Shown: positions 36,388 to 40,223 of the stretch, piece after piece | How positions within the stretch are numbered: the stretch's first letter is position 1 | Layout: every line of letters starts with the position of its first letter | Source of the DNA: Catajapyx aquilonaris | Lineage: Eukaryota | Length of the DNA stretch: 40,223 nucleotides | Assembly: GCA_000934665.2 (NCBI GenBank) | Contig: JYFJ02003556.1 | Coordinates: 1 to 40,223 of the forward strand | Direction: 5' to 3' | Notes under the pieces: model-generated | The model's input: the letters and a program-made list of their open reading frames with translations, nothing else | Told to the model about the DNA's origin: nothing | Databases searched by the model: none | Made by a program: the position numbers and the translations under genes

Positions 36388-38440
36388 ATGGAAGTCGAAC
36401 TGAGCAGTGTCGTTAGTAACGATTCCACAGAAGGTGCATCTAAATCCAGTTACAGAGTTTACAATAGAAGATGGGTGACGCTGGCTATTTACTTCGCCTG
36501 CAACTTTTGCAACTGCATGCAGTGGATGCAGTACAGCATCATTTCCGACGTTGTGTCTCGCTACTATTCGGCATCGATATGGGCAGTGGACGCATTGTCA
36601 TTCATGATCATGGTCCCCAGTACAGTGCTCTTGTTACCAATTTCTTATATCATGGATAAGAAGGTGAGGTTTACCTGGTCTAATGAGACTGGAATTGAAA
36701 TACTGTTTTTTGTTTGTTTGAAAAGTGCAGTAAGAGCGCCATTCTATCATTAAAGCATTTGGTTGTATCAACTCAAATTAAGGAGAAAATGAAAATGTAT
36801 AGACATAATCTGATATTTTCCATAATTTGCTTCAGTACTGTACAACCAGCCCTTACAACTGACTACAGCATTTCTTTTTCCCTGCTGTACAGGGCTTGAA
36901 GTGGACAATACTCACAGGTATTCTTTTGACCGCGATTGGCAGCTGGATCAAAGTTGTTTCGGTGAGACCCGACCTGCTGTACGTGGGGTTCATTGCTCAA
37001 GGCACAATAGCAGTAGCAAGCGTCTTTTTGTACGCGAGTCCTCCTCGACTAGCTGCCATTTGGTTTGGACCTAACCAGGTTTCAACAGCCACTAGCATTG
37101 GTGTCACATCTGCGCAGGTAGTCTACATTGTCTCATTTCACCTATCTCTTTCTTGTTTTGATAATGAGGTTCAGTAGGCTACATATCTTCATCTATGTCT
37201 ATATCTTCAGGCAGGGATCGGCATGGGTCTTTTGATACCACCTTACGCAGTACACAACAGCGATGATTTGAACATTATTGGACACCAACTGCAAATGATG
37301 TTCATCATATACGCTGTCATTGCCACAGCGTGCCTGCTTCTGGTCGTATTTTGTATGCTAAGTTGTTGTTTATCAGTGCGTAACATCGCAGATGCCCAAA
37401 CATTATTTTGTAACTTGCACTTTACTTATTGCAACTTGTCCTTGGCAGTGTTTCAAAGCGAACCTGCTACACCTCCCAGCGCAGCTCAGGATGCAGCCAG
37501 AATCTTCCGCAATGAAAAGCAAAAGAATAAAAACTCTGTCAAGAAATTCCTCACTAATAGAAGTTTCGTTCTACTTCTTTTGTCGTACGCAATTGTTAAC
37601 TCGTCTAACAACGTGACTGGGACCTACCTGAGCCAAATAGTTCTCGAGAAATTTCCAGTAAGTAACGAGTTCTGGAAGAAAGGTTCAATATCACTTTTTC
37701 AAAAATTTATTTACTTATACGAATAGACTACTATTAATTACAGTATCATTAGCGGCTGGCTAAACCTAATATTAAAATCTGTCAGTGTTTGATAAGCCAA
37801 TTGATATTTTTAATTGACAACTCCAATTTTAGGGCCACGAAGAAGATGCAGGGGAGTTGGGTAACCTGTTCAACTACTCAGGAATACTTGGATCCTTTCT
37901 CATTGGCATTTGGTTGGATAAGACGCATATATACAAGCAAGTATTCCTGTATTTTATCATAGTTATTAACTAAAACCATTTTAATTATCTACCACTGTTT
38001 TCAGGGAAAGTGGTATATTCATATATGCCGTTATATGCACAACAACCCTGGGCATAATGTTCAGTCTAATTTTCCGATCTTTGCCAGCCATTTACATCTC
38101 TTTCGCAGTTTCAGGGTAAGACACATAACTAAACTTTTCTAATCAGTTTGACTACACTCTTTTTAATTTCAGAATATTTAACGGATCATACATGTCATTC
38201 GGATACGAGCAAGGACTGGAACTGACGTATCCAGAATCAGAAGGCGTAATGTCTGGCCTTATGAACACGCTTACTTGCTTACTAACTTTAGTCATGGCGA
38301 TCGTTGGAGCATTATTGTTCACGTATTACAAATCTTTTGGATTCATTTCCTTTACATGTTGCCTTTTAGCAACTGGCCTTGCATTATCTACTCTTATTCG
38401 GGATGAGAGAAAAAGATTTGATGCCGCTCCCAATAAGTAA
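36388..38440 (+). CDS. FLVCR: FLVCR/SLC49-like MFS transporter, array copy 9 (444 aa; GC-AG intron 5)
   Basis: Exons 36388-36663, 36893-37117, 37211-37352, 37449-37657, 37833-37936, 38005-38115, 38173-38440. The frame requires the donor AA|GCAAGT. AATAAA at 38472. Confidence 0.9.
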
Positions 38441-38747
38441 ATTAATGTCACCCAGATTGTTTTGTCATAAAAATAAAAGCACATTACTGATTGACATTTC
38501 TCGATATCAAACCACAATGTGGTTATCCCATCAATAGCATAATGATGTAACAGTTATTGTTTTCTGACACGGAGATGGGATCACAATATTCTACGTTGCC
38601 TTCGCTAACACACATTTCCATTTTTGCCATTCTGACCGTCATTAGCCTGACATAATATTGACTGCTAAAGTAGCAACTCACATGGGAACAATACCAGCAA
38701 CCTTGAGTAAAAACAGGTCAGTCCACATTACCATTGCAAGCAGGCCA

Positions 38748-39503
38748 ATGCAACAGTCCAAGATGAGCAAGAACGACGCCAACACTACTTGCGAACCTAC
38801 CCCAGAGACCAAACTGTACAAAAGGAGATGGATCATCTTATTCTTGTTTTCAGCCTGCAATTTCTGGAACTCATATCACTGGATCCATTACTCGATCATA
38901 TCCGACATTGTGGTCAAATACTACGAAGTACCACCCTGGGCAGTGGACTCCCTTTCCGTCGTGTACATGGTATCATACGTCATTTTCGTACTACCAGCCT
39001 TGCACGTGCTAAACCGAAAGGTATGTTACCAACTTTGCGACTACTAAAAAAGTACTAAGGCGTACTTCTTCTTCACAGGGATTACGTGTCACTGTCCTGC
39101 TTGGAATAACTGGAGTGACGTTGGGAGCGTGGATGAAGGTTCTGTCGGCGTCTCCAAATAGATTCCTTGTCACATTTGTGGGTCAAACACTGTCTGGAAT
39201 TGCTCTCACGTTTCTTTTCGGAGTGCCTCCCAGGTTGGCAGCAGTCTGGTTCGGCCCTAATGAGGTGTCAACTGCTTGCTCTATCGGCGTATTCGGGGCA
39301 CAAGTAAGTGATGCATAGCCTCCTTCTGCTTACATAGGACTAACATTAGTTCTATCGCCAGCTTGGAGTTGCCCTAGGATTCATGCTCCCACCGTGGGTT
39401 GTCACGGATCAGAATGAAGTAAAAAGAACCACGGACGACCTTTCCAAGCTGTACTATGTTGGAAGCATTGCACCTACCGTTTTCCTCTTGGGAATTATCT
39501 TAT
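38748..39503 (+). CDS. FLVCR: FLVCR/SLC49-like MFS transporter, array copy 10 (first three coding exons; presumably continues beyond the window)
   Basis: Exons 38748-39020, 39079-39303, 39362-39503. Motifs: YKRRW, NSYHWIHYSII, GVPPRLAAVWFGPNEVSTACSIGVFGAQ. An alternative in-frame ATG lies at 38682. Confidence 0.88.
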
Positions 39504-39544
39504 GTAAGTTTGTTGCAAAATTACTTAATTCGCACAGGGTGTAG

Positions 39545-39712
39545 CATTATGGGCAGTATTTAAATACAAATGTATTTAAATACGTATTTAAATACTTCTT
39601 GGTATTTAGATATGTATTTATAACTACATTGATTTTCCTGTATTTAAATACTGTATTTCAATACATTTCTGAGTATTTAAATACAGAAGTATTTAAATAA
39701 TATCGTAAATAC
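39545..39712. repeat. Cluster of palindromic GTATTTAAATAC motifs, probably the subterminal array of a MITE
   Basis: Perfect copies at 39556, 39572, 39584, 39640 and 39673, plus variants, following CATTATGGGCA. Confidence 0.7.
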
Positions 39713-39824
39713 TTTCCCTAATTCCCTTTTAATATTATTTGCATAATTCTTAATTCTGATTCCTATAATGAAATAAAAGCAGCTAATTGGCAGCTTTTTC
39801 TCCTAGGCAGCTTGCAGCATGATA

Positions 39825-40020
39825 CAAGGCGCATCCAGAAAGTAAGTTCCGCTTTTTTTAAATTAGACGAATTCCAATGCACCCCCAGAATTTTTATTTT
39901 TACACATCTGAAATCGACAACTGTCTACATTTTTGCAAAATAGTTTCCAGCCAAATCGAGGCATTTTTCATTGAGTTACACACGATTTTGTATGTCTTCT
40001 TCTTCTACCCTGCGATAGAG
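39825..40020 (-). mobile_element. 3' end remnant of a mariner transposon
   Basis: TA|CAAGGCGCATCCAGAAAGTAAG resembles a mariner TIR. The minus strand reads EDIQNRV*LNEKCLDLAGNYFAK, similar to the mariner transposase C-terminus (GIxKLVxRWxKCxxxxGxYxEK). Confidence 0.6.
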
Positions 40021-40223
40021 CCAGTGGTTTTTTTAGGGGAGGTGGGATACCACCATATTTTCTTAATTATTTTTGGTTTTTATTCAACTCCGGTGCAGGG
40101 AAATCAAGGACATTGGGTAAGGGTATGGATTTTTGGGGAGGGAACGTAGGTGCAGGTGCAATGTCTCAAGTTTGAGCCATGTGCATGTCCCCCAGGAGGT
40201 TAGGTGGTTGCCAGACACCTCCA

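Noticed and set aside
4735..38440. Calling these genes heme exporters linked to blood feeding
   Set aside because: The host species is unknown from the sequence, the heme role of FLVCRs is disputed, and nothing here specifically indicates heme binding.
4735..39503. One gene with alternatively spliced cassettes, or fragmented pseudogenes as the ORF track might suggest
   Set aside because: Each complete unit has its own start, a full seven-exon set and a stop codon, and several have AATAAA. The fragments join in frame at splice sites.
39545..39712. Repeated GTATTTAAATAC palindromes as a CRISPR or operator array
   Set aside because: Spacing is irregular, the motif is only 12 bp, and it is intronic. 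A MITE subterminal array fits better.

Overview
Eukaryotic (animal, probably arthropod-like) genomic DNA. The window is dominated by a head-to-tail array of at least ten FLVCR/SLC49-family MFS transporter genes, all on the + strand. Nine are complete and the tenth runs off the right edge. I spliced each gene by hand. All share seven coding exons, with internal exons of 225, 142, 206 or 209, 104 and 111 nt, and all nine complete copies give in-frame 444-468 aa proteins. The copies fall into local subgroups: 1, 2-3, 4-6, 7-9 and 10. The most interesting signal is in the predicted substrate pocket. The TM1 Trp is invariant, but the positions matching the other choline/ethanolamine-binding residues of vertebrate FLVCR1/2 are replaced in a coordinated way: acidic E plus D/E in genes 1-6, neutral C/S plus N in genes 7-9. 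This suggests a diversified transporter repertoire. Introns and intergenic DNA hold many decayed DNA transposons: Helitrons, Tc1/mariner remnants and MITEs, and PIF/Harbinger-, CACTA-, piggyBac- and hAT-like elements. I found no rRNA, tRNA or CRISPR array.
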